Below, piece after piece: positions 24,286 through 38,000 of a DNA stretch of 64,000 nucleotides (positions are counted from its first letter, which is position 1; every line of letters begins with the position of its first letter). The stretch lies in NCBI RefSeq assembly GCF_044704955.1, contig NC_091985.1, positions 183,272,001 through 183,336,000 on the forward strand. The letters are read 5' to 3'. The DNA comes from Pristiophorus japonicus. Taxonomy: Eukaryota. The notes beneath the pieces were generated by a model that worked only from the letters and a program-made list of their open reading frames with translations, was not told the DNA's origin and made no database searches. A program made the translations under genes and the position numbers.

Positions 24286-25479
24286 GTAACTGTTTATTTA
24301 TTTCTGTCGTTGTTAGTTCCGTTGTTGAGCAGTCATTGGCTACAGTAATGATTCATTATTAAAGAAAACCTTCCAGTTAAGCCATAGAGGGACACGGTGA
24401 TAAACACGTTGCAAAGAAATAACAGGACGAGGGTAAAATTCCAAGGCAGAAAATGAGTATGGAGCCTTTGCGAGCAAGTGGTGATGTTACACTACTTATC
24501 AGTGACTAAAAGAGTTTGATAAGGAAATTATGGCGGGAAATTCCGTTACAGGGATTGGCAATGGACGGCAGAAAATAGACATATGGTCAGGTTCAACACC
24601 ATTGCAAAGAAAAATATTTAAAATTCTAAAATACGTTGCCATATCAATTATAAACTGTATACACATCACGAGGTAGAATTAGTCTTGTATATTATAATGA
24701 ATGATCAAATGTCAGGCAAAATGTCTTGGATTTAGAAAATCTAATTATTGCAAATTGTTTCCAATCCTGTTAATTAAATAAAGAATGCTGTCGTTGATTT
24801 AAACTTCAAAGCTCCAACATTGTCCGGTTATGTCGCAGGATACAGTCATGCACAGGACGACTGGGAGGAATTTTCGCCAGGCTGGTTTTTGCACATAGTT
24901 GCATAGTTACTGGTAAAATCACGGGTGATGATCACTGAATTTTCTGCTAATCTGCCCCGTGGGCAAAGATCTGTCGGGAGCAAGGATATTGCTCAAAATA
25001 TAGCAATACCTGAATCTGAAATCTAAGTATAGCCAATTTAATGGGTCAAAAATGAGAGACTCCCCTATAAATTAGGATTACAGGGACATTTAAAACTTAT
25101 AATGGGACAGAATAAACTCTTTTTGTTACATAAAATCCTGGGGGAAGGATTTTTCAGCAGCATTTAGCGCCGTTTTACACTCTAACTCACCCTGAGATAT
25201 TATACAGAATAATATAATGCACAGAATACAATGTACAGGGAATCGCCGCTTCATCATTGAATTCGGGGAAAATCACCCCATTCCCATAAAATCCGTATAT
25301 AATTGGCGGTCGATCCAATATCGTCCATTATACTGTGTCGACAAAAATTCAAAGTACCCCAACTGAGTTTAATTTTGAGCCAGTATACTGTCTGCAATAT
25401 TTTCCTGATTTTGGTTCCATGTTTCCTCTAATATGGGAGCGACAAAATTAGAATCACGACCGGAGTTTGACCCAATGTT

Positions 25480-25590
25480 TCCCACATTACAACTGTCACT
25501 ACACTCCAAAAGTACTTCATTGGCTGTAAAGCTCTTTGAGACGTCCAATGGTCGTAAATGGCGCAATACAAATGCAAATCTTTCTTTCAA
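25480..25590 (+). mobile_element. L2-type 3' tail (SINE or LINE end)
   Basis: TGTAAAGCTCTTTGAGACGTCC...GGCGCAATACAAATGCAAATCTTTC resembles the L2 3' terminus. Confidence 0.55.
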
Positions 25591-25619
25591 TGTGTTTCTC
25601 ACTATTTGTTTGTGTTGAG

Positions 25620-25706
25620 TCTGCAGAATAATAAACTGGGAGATTCAGGAGTGAAGCTGCTGTCTTCGGCTCTGAGGAACCCGGGCTGTAAAATAAGGAA
25701 ACTGCA
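25620..25706 (+). pseudogene. NLR LRR exon (87 bp)
   Basis: [28 protein letters not shown]; AG at 25618-9 and GTAAGT donor. Confidence 0.9.
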
Positions 25707-25759
25707 GTAAGTACCAGACTGTGTGAGATTGTGTTTATAATAACTGGATGTCTGACACT

Positions 25760-26095
25760 GAAAATTATTATCAGTGTCAGTAATAGTGATATTAACAAAC
25801 ACTGTACATTATTAGTATCATTAATAGTATTATTAATAATCACTGCATATTATTAGTCTCAGTATTAGTGTTATTAACATCCATCATTAGTATCAGTAAT
25901 AGTGTTATTAGTAAACACTGTATATTATGAGCACTATTAATAGAGTAATAAAACAATGTACATTAATGTCAGTACTAATTGATGAAAAACTGTACATAAT
26001 TATTATATCAGTAATAGTGTTATTAATAATAGCGCACAGTGTTTATTAATATCAGTAATAGAGTTATGAAACACTAAATTATTGTAAATATCAGG
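25760..26095. repeat. AT-rich intronic tandem repeat (about 40-bp units) shared by the LRR introns
   Basis: TATTATCAGTATCAGTAATAGTGTTATTAATAAACACTGTACAT-like units; also at 30470-30545, 33470-33520, 43190-43262. Confidence 0.7.
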
Positions 26096-26097
26096 AA

Positions 26098-29000
26098 TAA
26101 GAACATAAGAACACGAGAAATAGGAGCAGGAGTAGGCTATTTGGCCCCTCGAGCCTGCTCCGCCATTTAATGAGATCATGGCTGAAACATAGAAAAATAG
26201 AAACAAAGAAAATAGGTGCAGGAGTAGGCCATTCGGCACGTCGAGCCTGTACCACCATTCAATAAGATCATGGCTGATCATTCACCTCGGTACCTCTTTC
26301 CTGCTTTCTCTCCATACCCCTTGATCATACCCCTTGGCAATATCTAACTCCCTCTTGAATATATCGAACGAAATGGCATCAACAACTCTCTGCAGTAGAC
26401 AATTCCACAGGTTAAAAACTCTCTGTGAAGAAGTTTCTCCTCATCTCGGTCCTAAATAGCTTACTCCTTATCCTTAGACTGTGACCCCTGCTTCTGGACT
26501 CCTCCAACGTCAGGAACATTCTTCGTGCATCTAACCTGTCCAGTCCCCTCAGAATTTTATATGTTTCTATGAGATCCCTCTCATTCTTCTAAACGCCAGT
26601 GAATGCAGCCCAGTCGATCCAGTCTCTGCTTATATGTCAGTCATGCCATCCCGGGAATCAGTCTGGTGAACCTTCGCTGCACTCCCTCAATAGCAAGGAC
26701 GTCCTTCCTCAGATTAGGAGCCCAAAACTGAACACAATATTCCAGCTGTGGCCTCACCAAGGCCTTGTGCAACTGCAGTAAGACCTCCCTTACCCTATAC
26801 TCAAATCCCTTAGCTGTGAAACCAAGATCCCATTTGCCTTCTTAATCGCCTGCTGCACCTGCGTGCCAACATTCAATAACTGATGTATCATGACACCGGG
26901 TCCCATTGCACCTTCCCTTTTCCTAATATGCCGCCATTCAGATAATATTCTGCCTTCATGTTTTTGCCACCAAAGTGGATAACCTCACATTTCTGAACAT
27001 TATATTGCAACTGCCATACATTTGCCCACTCACTGAACCTATCCAATCAACCTGCAGCCTCCTCGCATCCTCCTTACAGCTCACATCGCCACGCAGCGTG
27101 GTGTCATTTGCAAACCTGGAGATATTACTCTGAATTCCTTCATCTAAATCATGGATGTATATTGTAAATAGCTGAGGTGCCAATACTGAGCCCTATGGCA
27201 AGCCACGAGTCACTGCCTGCCATTCGGCAAAGGATCTGTTGATCCCGACTCTCTGCTTCCTGTCTGCCAACCAGTCCTCTATCCACGTCAATACATTACC
27301 CCCAATACCATGTGCTTTGATTTTGCACACCAATCTCTTGTGTGGGACATTGTCAAAAGCCTTTTGAAAGTCCAAATACACCACATCCACTGGTTCTCCC
27401 TTGTCCACTCTACTAGTTACATCCTCACAAAATTCTAGAAGATCTATCAAGCATGACTTCTCTTTCATAAATCCATGCTGACTTGGACCGATCCTGTCAC
27501 TGCTTTCCAGATGCGCTGCTATATCATCTGTAATAATTGATTCCAACATTTTCCCCACTACTGATGTCAGGCTAACCGGTCGATAATTCCCTGTTTTCTC
27601 TGTCTCTCCTTTCTTAAAAAGTGGTGTGACATTAGCTACCCTCCAGTCCATAGGAACTGATCCAGAGTCGATAGACTGTTAGAAAATGATCACCAATGCA
27701 TCCACTATTTCTAGAGTCAATTCCTGAAGTACTCTGGGATGCAGACTATCAGGCCTTGGAGATTTATCGGCCTTCAATCCCATCAATCTCCCTAATACAA
27801 TTTCCTGACTAATAAAGATTTCCTTCAGTTCCTCCTTCTCGCGAGACCCACGGTCCCCTAGTATTTTCGGAAGGTTATTTGTGTCTTCCTTCGTGAAGAC
27901 AGAACCAAAATATTTGTTCAATTGGTCTGCCATTTCTCTGTTCCCCCATTTTAAATTAACCTGATTCTGACTGCAAGGGACCTACGTTTGTCTTCACTAA
28001 TCTTTTTCTCTTCACATATCAATAGAAGCTATTGCAGTCAGTTTTTTATGTTGCCAGCAAGCTTCCTCTCATACTCTATTTTCCCCCTCCTAAGTAAACC
28101 CTTTGTCCTCCTCTGCTGAATTCTAAATTTCTCCCAGGTTTGCTGCTTTTTCTGGCCAATTTATATGCCTCTTCCTTGGATTTAATACTCTCCATAATTT
28201 CCCTTGATAGCCACGGATGAGCCACCTTCCCCATTTTGTTTTTAGTCCAGACAGGGATGTACAATTGTTGAAGGTCATCCATGTGATCCTTAAATGTTTG
28301 CCATTGCCTATCCACCGTCAACCCTTTACGTATCATTCGCCAGTCTATTCTAGCCAATTCACATCTCATACTTTCATAGTTACCTTTACTTAGGGTCAGG
28401 ACACTAGTCTCTGAATGAACGGTGTCACTCTCCAGCTTAATAAAGAATTCTACCATATTATGGTCACTCTTCCCCAAGGGCCTCGCACAACAAGATTACT
28501 AATTTGTCCTTTCTCGTTACAGATCACCCAGTCTAGGATGGCCAGCCCACTAGTTGGTTCCTTGACATATTGGGCTAGAAAACCATCCCTAATACACTCC
28601 AGGAAATGCTCCTCCACCGTACTGCCACCAGTTTGGTTAGCCCAATCTATATGTAGATTAAAGTCGCCCATGATAACTCCTGTACCTTTATTGCACGCAT
28701 CCCTAATTTCTTGTTTGCTGCTGTCCCCAACCTCACTACTACTGTTTGGTGGTCTGTAAACAACTCCCACTAGCATTTTCTGTCCTTTGGTATTCCACAG
28801 CTCTACCCATACAGATTCCACATCAGCCAAGCTAATGTCCTTCCTTATTATTACGTTAATTTCCTCTTTAACTAGTAACGCTACCCCACCTCCTTTTCCT
28901 TTTTGTCTATCCTTCCTCAATGTTGAATACCCCTGGATGTTGAGTTCCCATCCTTGGTCACCTGAGAGTCATGTCTTCGCAATCCCAATTATATCATATT

Positions 29001-30020
29001 CATTAACAGCTGCCTGCGCAGTTAATTTGTCCACCTTATTACGAATACTCCTCGCATTGAGGCACAGATCCGTCAGGCTTGTCTTTTTCACACATTTTGT
29101 CCCTTTAGACTTTTGCTGTAATGTGGCCCTTTTTGATTTTTGCCTTAGGTTTCTCAGCCCTCCACTTTTATTTTTCTTCTTTCAATCTTTTGCTTCTGCC
29201 CCATTTTACTTCCCTCTATCTCCCTGCATAATTTCCCATCCCCCTGCCATATTAGTTTAACCCCTCCCCAACAGCACTAGCAAACATACCCCTAGGACAT
29301 CCGTTCCGGTCCTGCAAAGGTGCAGACCTTGGACTCAGTTCCACTACCCTGCCCGTTCCCCAAAGCCCATCACCCATTATCGTTCAAAAATCTGTCTATC
29401 TCCAGCTTAAGTATATTCAATAATCCAGCCTCTACAGCTCTCTGGGTCAGAGAATTCCATAGATGTATGTCCCTTTGAAAGAAGAAATTCCTTCTCACCT
29501 CAGTTTTAAATGGGCGACCCCTCATTTTAAAACTATGCCCCTTAGTTCCAGATTACCCCACGGATGGAAACATTCTCTCAGCATCTACTTTGTCGAGCCC
29601 CTCAGTATCTTATGTTTCAATAAGATCACCTCTCATTCTTCTAAACTCCAGAGTAGAGGCCCAACCTACTCAACCTTTCTTCAGAAGTCAACCCTTTCAT
29701 CTCATGAATCTCCATAGTGAAACTACTTTGAACTGCCGCCAATGCAAATATATCCCTCGTAAATATGGAGACCAAAACTGCACGCAGTACTCCAGGTGTG
29801 GTCTCACCAATGCCCTGTACAGTTGTAGCAGGACATCGCTGCTTTTATACTCTATCCCCCTTGCAATAAATGCCAACATTCCATTTGCCTTCAGATTATT
29901 TGCTATGCCTGCATACTAAGCTTTTGTGTTTCATGCACAAAAGCCCCAGGTCAGTCTGTGCGGCAGCATTTTGTAATCTCTCTCAATTTAAATAATAATT
30001 TGATTTTTTATTTTCCCTGC
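26098..30020 (-). mobile_element. Nested CR1 LINEs: 3.1-kb copy (26186 to about 29325, endonuclease plus RT) inside the 3' end of another CR1
   Basis: Two successive tails (AAGAACATAAGAAC at about 26099, AACATAGAAA at 26186). Endonuclease motifs GGGVALLV, VVYRPP, MGDFN, SDH; RT motifs NYRPVSLTS, QHGF, FANDT. Host resumes at CTTGGACTCAG. Confidence 0.92.
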
Positions 30021-30246
30021 AAATAAATAATATGGTATTAATAAATAGTAGGGTGAAGCTGGACATGGCACGGAAGGAAAATGGGCGGAATTGCATTAGC
30101 GGGCTGCTATGACCATGCTTAACAGGTCTATTGAAGTCGATGCAATGGAGCGTGTAATATGTGATCAGTGGTTTCCACCCGTGCCCAATTTTACCCTTGC
30201 TCTGACTTGCCCTGATTTCCATTATTTTTCTCCTTCTGAATGCTAG

Positions 30247-30417
30247 TCTTTCTGAAAACGATCTCACATATTCTTCTGCCGGAGATCTCGCCTCCCCTCT
30301 CAGTACAAAACGCTCATTGACGGTTTGGGACATGAGTTACAATAAACTGGGAGATTCAGGAGTGAAACTGCTGTCTGCAGCTCTGAGGGACCCGGACTGT
30401 AAAATACATAAAGTGCG
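30247..30417 (+). pseudogene. NLR LRR exon (171 bp, ribonuclease-inhibitor-type pair)
   Basis: [56 protein letters not shown]; TAG acceptor, GTAAGT donor. Confidence 0.9.
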
Positions 30418-30551
30418 GTAAGTAGCAGAGTGTTTGAGATTGTGTTTATAATAACTGGATGTCTAAAACTGTACATTTAGTGTCATTAATATTGTCATTA
30501 AAAATATTATGCTTTATTATCAGTATCAGTAATAATGTTAATAATTAAACC

Positions 30552-33466
30552 GTGACTGCTGCAAACGAATGGGGAGGTGTTGTGCACATGCGTGCTTCAG
30601 GATCATAACCGGAGTGGGCATTGAATTGTTTTCGGTAATTATGGGGAGAGAGCGCACTTCCGGGAAAATGTGCTGGGGAGGGAGTGGAAAATGAGGAATA
30701 ATATCAGGGAGGGAGCGCGGAATGGGGAATAATACCGGAGCGGGAGCGGGAAATGGGGAATAATACGGGGCAGTGAGCGGGAAATGGGGAATAATACCGG
30801 GGAGTGAGCGGGGAATGGGGAATAATACCGGGGAGGGAGCGGGAAATAGGGAACAATACTGGGGAGGGAGCGGGAAATGAGGAATAATACCGGGGAGGGA
30901 GCGGGAAATAGGGAATAATACCGAGGACGGAGAGTGAAATGGAGAATAATACCAGGAAGTGAGCGAGAAATGGGGAATAATATCGGGGGGTGAGCGGGGA
31001 ATGGGGAATAATACCGGAGAGGGAGCGCCAAATAGGGAAAAATACCAGGGGGGAGCGGGAAATGGGGAATAATACCAGGGAGTGAGCGAGAAGTGGGGAA
31101 TAATACCGGAGAGGGAGCGGGAAATGGGGAATAATACCAGGGAGTGGGAAATGGGGAATAATACCGGGGAGTGAGTGGGAAATGGGGAATAATACCGGAG
31201 AGGGAGCGGCAAATGGGGAATAATACAAGGGGGGAGCAGGAAATGGGGCATAATACCGGGGAGTGAGCGAGAAATGGGGAATAATACCGCGGAGGGAGCG
31301 CGAAACGATAATAATATCAGAGAGGGAGCTGGAAATGGGGAATAATACCGGGGAGTGAGCGAGAAGTGGGGAATAATACCGGAGAGGGAACGGGAAATGG
31401 GGAATAATACCAGGGAGTGGGAAATGGGGAATAATACCGGGGAGTGAGTGGGAAATGGGGAATAATACCGGAGAGGGAGCGGCAAATGGGGAATAATACA
31501 AGGGGGGAGCAGGAAATGGGGCATAATACCGGGGAGTGAGCGAGAAATGGGGAATAATACCGGGGAGGGAGCGGGAAACGGGGAATAATACCAGAGAGGG
31601 AGCTGGAAATGGGGAATAATACCGGGGAGGAAGCGGAAAATGGGGAATAATACCGGGGAGTGAGCGAGAAATGGGGAATAATACCGGGGAGGGAGCGGGA
31701 AATGGGGAATAATACCAGAGAAGGAGCGGGAAATGGGAAATAATACCAGGGAGGGAGCGGGAAATGGGGAATAATACCGGGAAGTGAGCGAGAAATGGGG
31801 AATAATACCGGGGAGGGAGCGGGAAATGGGGAGTGATACCGGGGAGGGTGCGGGAAATGGGGAATAATACCGAGGACGGAGAGGGAAATGGAGAATAATA
31901 CCAGGAAGTGAGCGAGAAATGGGGAATAATACCGGGGAGGGAGCGGGAAATGGGGAATAATACCAAAGAGGGAGCGGGAAATGAGGAATAATACCGGGGA
32001 GGGAGCTGGAAATGGGGAATAATACCGAGGACGGAGAGTGAAATGGAGAATAATACCAGGAAGTGAGCGAGAAATGGGGAATAATATCGGGGGGTGAGCG
32101 GGGAATGGGGAATAATACCGGAGAGGGAGCGCCAAATAGGGAAAAATACCAGGGGGGAGCGGGAAATGGGGAATAATACCAGGGAGTGAGCGAGAAGTGG
32201 GGAATAATACCGGAGAGGGAGCGGGTAATGGGGAATAATACCAGGGAGTGGGAAATGGGGAATAATACCGGGGAGTGAGTGGGAAATGGGGAATAATACC
32301 GGAGAGGGAGCGGCAAATGGGGAATAATACAAGGGGGGAGCAGGAAATGGGGCATAATACCGGGGAGTGAGCGAGAAATGGGGAATAATACCGGGGAGGG
32401 AGCGCGAAACGGTAATAATACCAGAGAGGGAGCTGGAAATGGGGAATAATACCGGGGAGGAAGCGGAAAATGGGGAATAATACCGGGGAGTGAGCGAGAA
32501 ATGGGGAATAATACCGGGGAGGGAGCGGGAAATGGGGAATAATACCAGAGAAGAAGCGGGAAATGGGAAATAATACCAGGGAGTGAGCGAGAAGTGGGGA
32601 ATAATACCGGAGAGGGAGCGGGAAATGGGGAATAATACCAGGGAGTGGGAAATGGGGAATAATACCGGGGAGTGAGTGGGAAATGGGGAATAATACCGGA
32701 GAGGGAGCGGCAAATGGGGAATAATACAAGGGGGGAGCAGGAAATGGGGCATAATACCGGGGAGTGTGCGAGAAATGGGGAATAATACCGGGGAGGGAGC
32801 GGGAAACGGGGAATAATACCAGAGAGGGAGCTGGAAATGGGGAATAATACCGGGAAGGAAGCGGAAAATGGGGAATAATACCGGGGAGTGAGCGAGAAAT
32901 GGGGAATAATACCGGGGAGGGAGCGGGAAATGGGGAATAATACCAGAGAAGGAGCGGGAAATGGGAAATAATACCAGGGAGGGAGCGGGAAATGGGGAAT
33001 AATACCGGGAAGTGAGCGAGAAATGGGGAATAATACCGGGGAGGGAGCGGGAAATGGGGAGTGATACCGGGGAGGGAGCGGGAAATGGGGAATAATACCG
33101 AGGACGGAGAGGGAAATGGAGAATAATACCAGGAAGTGAGCGAGAAATGGGGAATAATACCGGGGAGGGAGCGGGAAATGGGGAATAATACCAAAGAGGG
33201 AGCGGGAAATGGGGAATAATACCGGGGAGGAAGCGGGAAATGGGGAATAATACCGGGGAGTGAGCGAGAAATGGGGAATAATACCGGGGCGGGAGCGGGA
33301 AATGGGGAATAATACCGGGGAGGGAGCGGGAAATGGGGCGGGAGAGCGAAATGGGGAATAATACCAGGGAGTGAGCGGGAAATGGGGAATAAATGGTTCA
33401 TGCTTCCGGTTCCAGATTAATGCACATTGCGCTCCTGCGCAGCATCGCGCCGTTGGCAGCAGTCAC
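30552..33466. mobile_element. Putative non-autonomous TIR element enclosing the 31-bp minisatellite
   Basis: Left GTGACTGCTGCAAACG versus reverse complement of right end GTGACTGCTGCCAACG (15/16). The AT-rich intron repeat is interrupted on the left and resumes on the right. Confidence 0.55.
30661..33392. repeat. Purine-rich 31-bp minisatellite (about 2.7 kb) with higher-order blocks
   Basis: Unit GGGAAATGGGGAATAATACCGGGGAGGGAGC; strings of diagnostic variants recur (CCGAGGACGGAGAGTG at 30921 and 32025). Confidence 0.97.
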
Positions 33467-33555
33467 TCCGTATTAATAAACACTGTATTTATTATTAGTA
33501 TCACTAGCAGTGCTGTTAATCTATGATTTATTTTATTTCTCTCTCTGATCCCCAG

Positions 33556-33726
33556 GCTGTATGAGGTCGGTCTCACAGGTTCTTATGCCGGGGATCTCGC
33601 CTTCGCTCTCAGTACAAACCGCTCGCTGATGGTTCTGCACATGGGTAATAATAATCTGAGAGATTCAGGAGTGAAACTGCGGTCAGCGGGTCTGAGTTGT
33701 TCGGTCTCTAAAATACAGGAACTGCG
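33556..33726 (+). pseudogene. NLR LRR exon (171 bp) with GC donor
   Basis: LYEVGLTGSYAGDLAFALSTNRSLMVLHMGNNNLRDSGVKLRSAGLSCSVSKIQEL; CCCCAG acceptor; donor GCAAGT where the sister exon has GTAAGT. Confidence 0.88.
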
Positions 33727-34044
33727 GCAAGTACCAGACTGTGAGAGATTGTGTTTACAGTACGTGGATCATCGCTGTGTTCTATTCCGTTCTGTCCAAA
33801 ATAACGTCTCTATGCATATGTACTTTCCTACGCCTATTCACGGCCAATCCGTCATCACACGTGGCCTTGTTATTCCGCTTGTCTCAATCAGATTCCTTCT
33901 TTCACTCACCAATCGCATTCCCTTCCCCTTCTTTCACTACTTCCTGTTGTGTCTGCCGCTGCAAAAATCCCTCCCCATATCATTACCAACCACGCTTTCA
34001 GATTTCCAACTGTTTAACCTCCATGCGCCACAATAATACATGTT

Positions 34045-34630
34045 TTTACTCATTCGTGGGATGTGGGCGTCACTGGCAAGGTCAGCATTTATTGCGCATC
34101 TCCCATTGCCCTTGAGAAGGTTGTGATGAGCTGCCTTCTTGAACAGCTGCAGTCCTTGTGAAGGTACTCCCACAGTGCTGCCTTTGTCATAGCGGTTTGA
34201 TGCAATGGAGTGGCTTGTTAGGCCTTTTCAGAGGGCAGTTCAGAGTCAACCACATTGCTATGGGTCTGGAGTGACATATCGGCCAGACCAGGTAAGGACG
34301 GCAGATATCCAGCCCTAAAGGACATTAGTGAACCAGATAGATTTTTATGACATTCTGGTAGTTTCATTGTCATCATTACGGACACTAACTTTTTAATTCC
34401 AGATTTATTTGCTTAACTGAATTTAAATTCCCCGAGCTGCCATGGTGGGATTTGAACTTACGTCTCCAAATTATGAGTCCAAGCCTCTGGGTTACTGACA
34501 AAGGTCCCAAACCTGAAACTTTAACTCGGTTTCTCTGTCCACGGATACTGCCTGGTCTGCTGAGTGTTTCCAGCATTTTCTCTTTTTGTCTCTGTATTAC
34601 TGGTTCAGTAACATAACCACAATTACCATC
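34045..34630 (-). mobile_element. DeuSINE/SacSINE1-like SINE, interrupted by a Penelope-like fragment at about 34495-34595
   Basis: Minus strand has a tRNA-like head (GTTCAAATCCCACCATGGCAGC), a central ...GGTTCACTAATGTCCTTTAGGG...CCGTCCTTACCTGGTCTGGCC block and a LINE-like tail. Family name recalled, not searched. Confidence 0.6.
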
Positions 34631-35089
34631 GATATACTCAATCACACCTTCACCTCTTTCTTTCAGGCCCTTGTCCCCAATATAACATTACTCCGACTGC
34701 TCTAGTATGTCACAGAGTATAACACCCATATACGCTCCTTTAATTCCAAGGGATGCTAATTTGAGCGTTTATTGAGGACGTTTGGTTAAGCCATTCATTG
34801 CCAGACGTAGCTGGACGACACATAGCACGATCGGGTCTTGCTCTTCTCTGGCTAAACTGTTCACCAATTAAGGATCATCCTGCAATACAAATAAAACCCA
34901 GCTTCTCTTCTCCACTACCATGCAGCTTCTTAAATTCCGCATTTGTTGGAGGCGAGGTTGCAGTGGGTAGGGGAGAGGAGACCTCCTGGGCTCCTTTGTC
35001 ATTACGATTTAGACCATTTGTTCAACTGCCTCAGCCGCTTCCTTCCCTACCCATAGCCCACGGGGAGAAACTTTCCTTAAGGTTTACCC

Positions 35090-38000
35090 TGCCCTAGCCC
35101 TGAATGTGTACCTGTCTCTAGTTTCTCTGCTATCTCCCCCGATGAGCTCTCCGAGATCATCTTGTCCATGATCTGCTTTCTCGCCACTATTTCCACTAAA
35201 TGGCAAATCACCCACCTTCCCTTCCTGGGCCTCACACTAGATGATATTGTTAAAGGTTACTGCTCCTCTTGCATTGACCCCTCTCCTTCAACTTTGCCTC
35301 ATTACACACTTTTCAAAAAGCCCACCCTTGAAATCTTAGCCCCAGCAAACTACCGCCGCATTTCCAATCCTCCTTTCCTTTCTAAAGTCCTTGAACAGTT
35401 GTTGCCTCCCAAAACCATGTACATATTTGCCGAAGCTCCATGTTTGCACCTCTGCACTCTTGTTCCTGCCCTTGCCACAGCACTGAAAATGCAGTTTTCA
35501 AAGTCACAAATTATATCATATGTGACTGTGGCTGTGGAAAACTATCCCACCTCATCCTTCTTGACCCGTCTGCTGGCTTTGACACCACACCATCCTCCTC
35601 CAACGTCGCTCCCCCATAGTCCAGCCGGGTGGAACTCCCCTCACCTGGTTCCATTCTTATCTATCCAGTCGTAACCAAACAATCTCCAGGTATGGGTTAT
35701 CTTCCTGCTCCCGCATCATTACCTGTGGAGAGCCCCAAGGATCTAAATTTAGAAACTTAGAAACATCGAAAAATAGGTGCAGGAGTAGGCCATTCGGCCC
35801 TTAGAGCCTGCACCTCCATTCAAAAAGATCATGGCTGATCGTTCACATCAGTATCCCTTTCCCACTTTCTCTCCATACCCTTTGATCCCTTTAGCCATAA
35901 GGGTCATATCTAACTCTGTCTTGAATATATCCAAGAAACTGGAATCAACAACTCTCTGCGGTAGGGAATTCCGCAGATTAACAACTGTCTGCTTGAAGAA
36001 GTTTCTCCTCATCTCAGTCCTAAATAGCTTACCCCTTATCTTTAGATTATCTCCCCTGGTTCTGGATTTCCCCAATACCGGGAACATTCTTCCTGCATCT
36101 AACCTGTCCAGTCTCATCAGAATTTGATGTGATTCTACAAGATCCCCGCTCATCCTTCTAAACTCCAGTGAATACAGGCCCAGTCGATCCAGTCTCTCCT
36201 CATATGTCGATCCTGCCTTCCCGGGAATCAGTCTGGTGAACATTCGCTGCACTCTCTCAATAGCAAGAACGTCCTTCCTCAGATTAGGAGACCAAAACTG
36301 AACATAATATTCCAGGTGAGGCCTCACTAAGGCCCTGTACATCTGCAGTAATACCTCCCTGCTCCTATACTCAAATCCCCTAGCTATGAAGGCCAACATA
36401 CCATTTGCCTTCTTCACCGCCTGCTGTACATGCATGCCAACTTTCAATGACTGATGTAACATGATACCCAAGTCTCGTTGCACCTCCACTTTTCCTAATC
36501 TGCCGCCATTCAGATAATATTCTGCCTTTGTGTTGTTGCTACCAAAGTGGATAATCTCATATTTATCCCCATTATACTGCGTCTGCCACGCGTTTGCCGA
36601 CTCACCTAACCTGTCCAAGTCACCCTGCAGCCTTTTAGCATCCTTCTCACAGCTCACACCGCCACCCAGCTTAGTGACATCTGCAAACTTGGAGATATTA
36701 CACTCAATTCCCTCATCCAAATCATTACTGTATATTGTAAATAGCTGGGGTCCCAGCATTGAGCCCTGCGACACCCCACTAGTCACTGCCTGCCATTCTG
36801 AAAGGACCCGTTTATCCCGACTCTCTGCTTCCTGTCTGCCAACCAGTTCTCTATCTTCGTCAGTACACTACCCCAATACCATGTGCTTTAATTTTCACAC
36901 CAATCTCTTGTGTGGGACATTGTCGACAGCCTTTTAAAAGTCCAAATACACCACATCCACTGGTTCTCACTTGTCCGCTCTGCCAGTTACATCCTGAAAA
37001 AATTCTAGAAGATTTGTCAAGCAGGATTTCCCTTTCATAAATCCATGCTGACTTGGACCGATCCCGTCACGGTTTTCCAAATGTGCTTATATTTCATCTT
37101 TAGTAATTGATTCCAACATTTTCCCCACGACCGATGTCAGGCTAACAAGTCTATAATTACCCGTATTCTCTCTCCCTCCTTTTTTAAAAAGTGGTGTTAC
37201 ATTAGCTACCCTCCAGTCCAGAGGAACTGATCCAGAGTCGATAGACTGTTGGAAAATGATCACCAATACATCCACTATTTCTAGGGCTACTTCTTTAATA
37301 CTCTGGGATGCAGACCATCAGGCCCCGGGGATTTATCGGCTTTCAATCCCATCAATTTCTCTAACACAATTTCCTGCCTAATAAGGATTTCCTTCAGTTC
37401 CTCCTTCTCACTACACCCTCGGTCCCCTAGTATTTCTGAAAGGTTATTTGGTTCTTCCTTCGTGAAGACAGAACCAAAGTATTTGTTCAACTGGTCCGCC
37501 ATTTCTTTGTTCCCCATTATAAATTCACCTGAATCTGATTGCAAGGGATCTACGTTTGTTTTCACCAATCGTTTTCTCTTCATATATCTATAGAAGCTTT
37601 TTCAGTCAGTTTTTATGTTCCCAGAAAGCTTCCTCTCATACTCTATTTTCCCCCTCCTAATTAAACCCTTTGTCCTCCTCTGCTGAATTATAAATTTCTC
37701 GTAGTCCTCAGGTTTGCTGCTTTTTCTGGCCAATTTATATGCCTCTTCCTTGGATTTAACACTATCCATAATTTCCCTTGTTAGCCTCAGTTGAGCTACC
37801 TTCCCCATGTTATTTTTACTCCAGACAGGGATGTAAAATTGTTGAACTGCATCCATGCGATCTTTAAATGTTTGGCATTGCCTATCCACCGTCAACCCTT
37901 TAAGTATCACTCGCCTGTCTATTCTAGCCAATTGACGTTTCATACCATCGAAGTTACCTTTTCTTAAGTTCAGGACCCTAGTCTCTGAATTAACTGTGTC

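Noticed and set aside
30538-33401. Three 600-700 aa minus-strand ORFs
   Set aside because: Artefact of a pyrimidine-rich repeat strand with few stop codons; all frames give the same permuted peptide.
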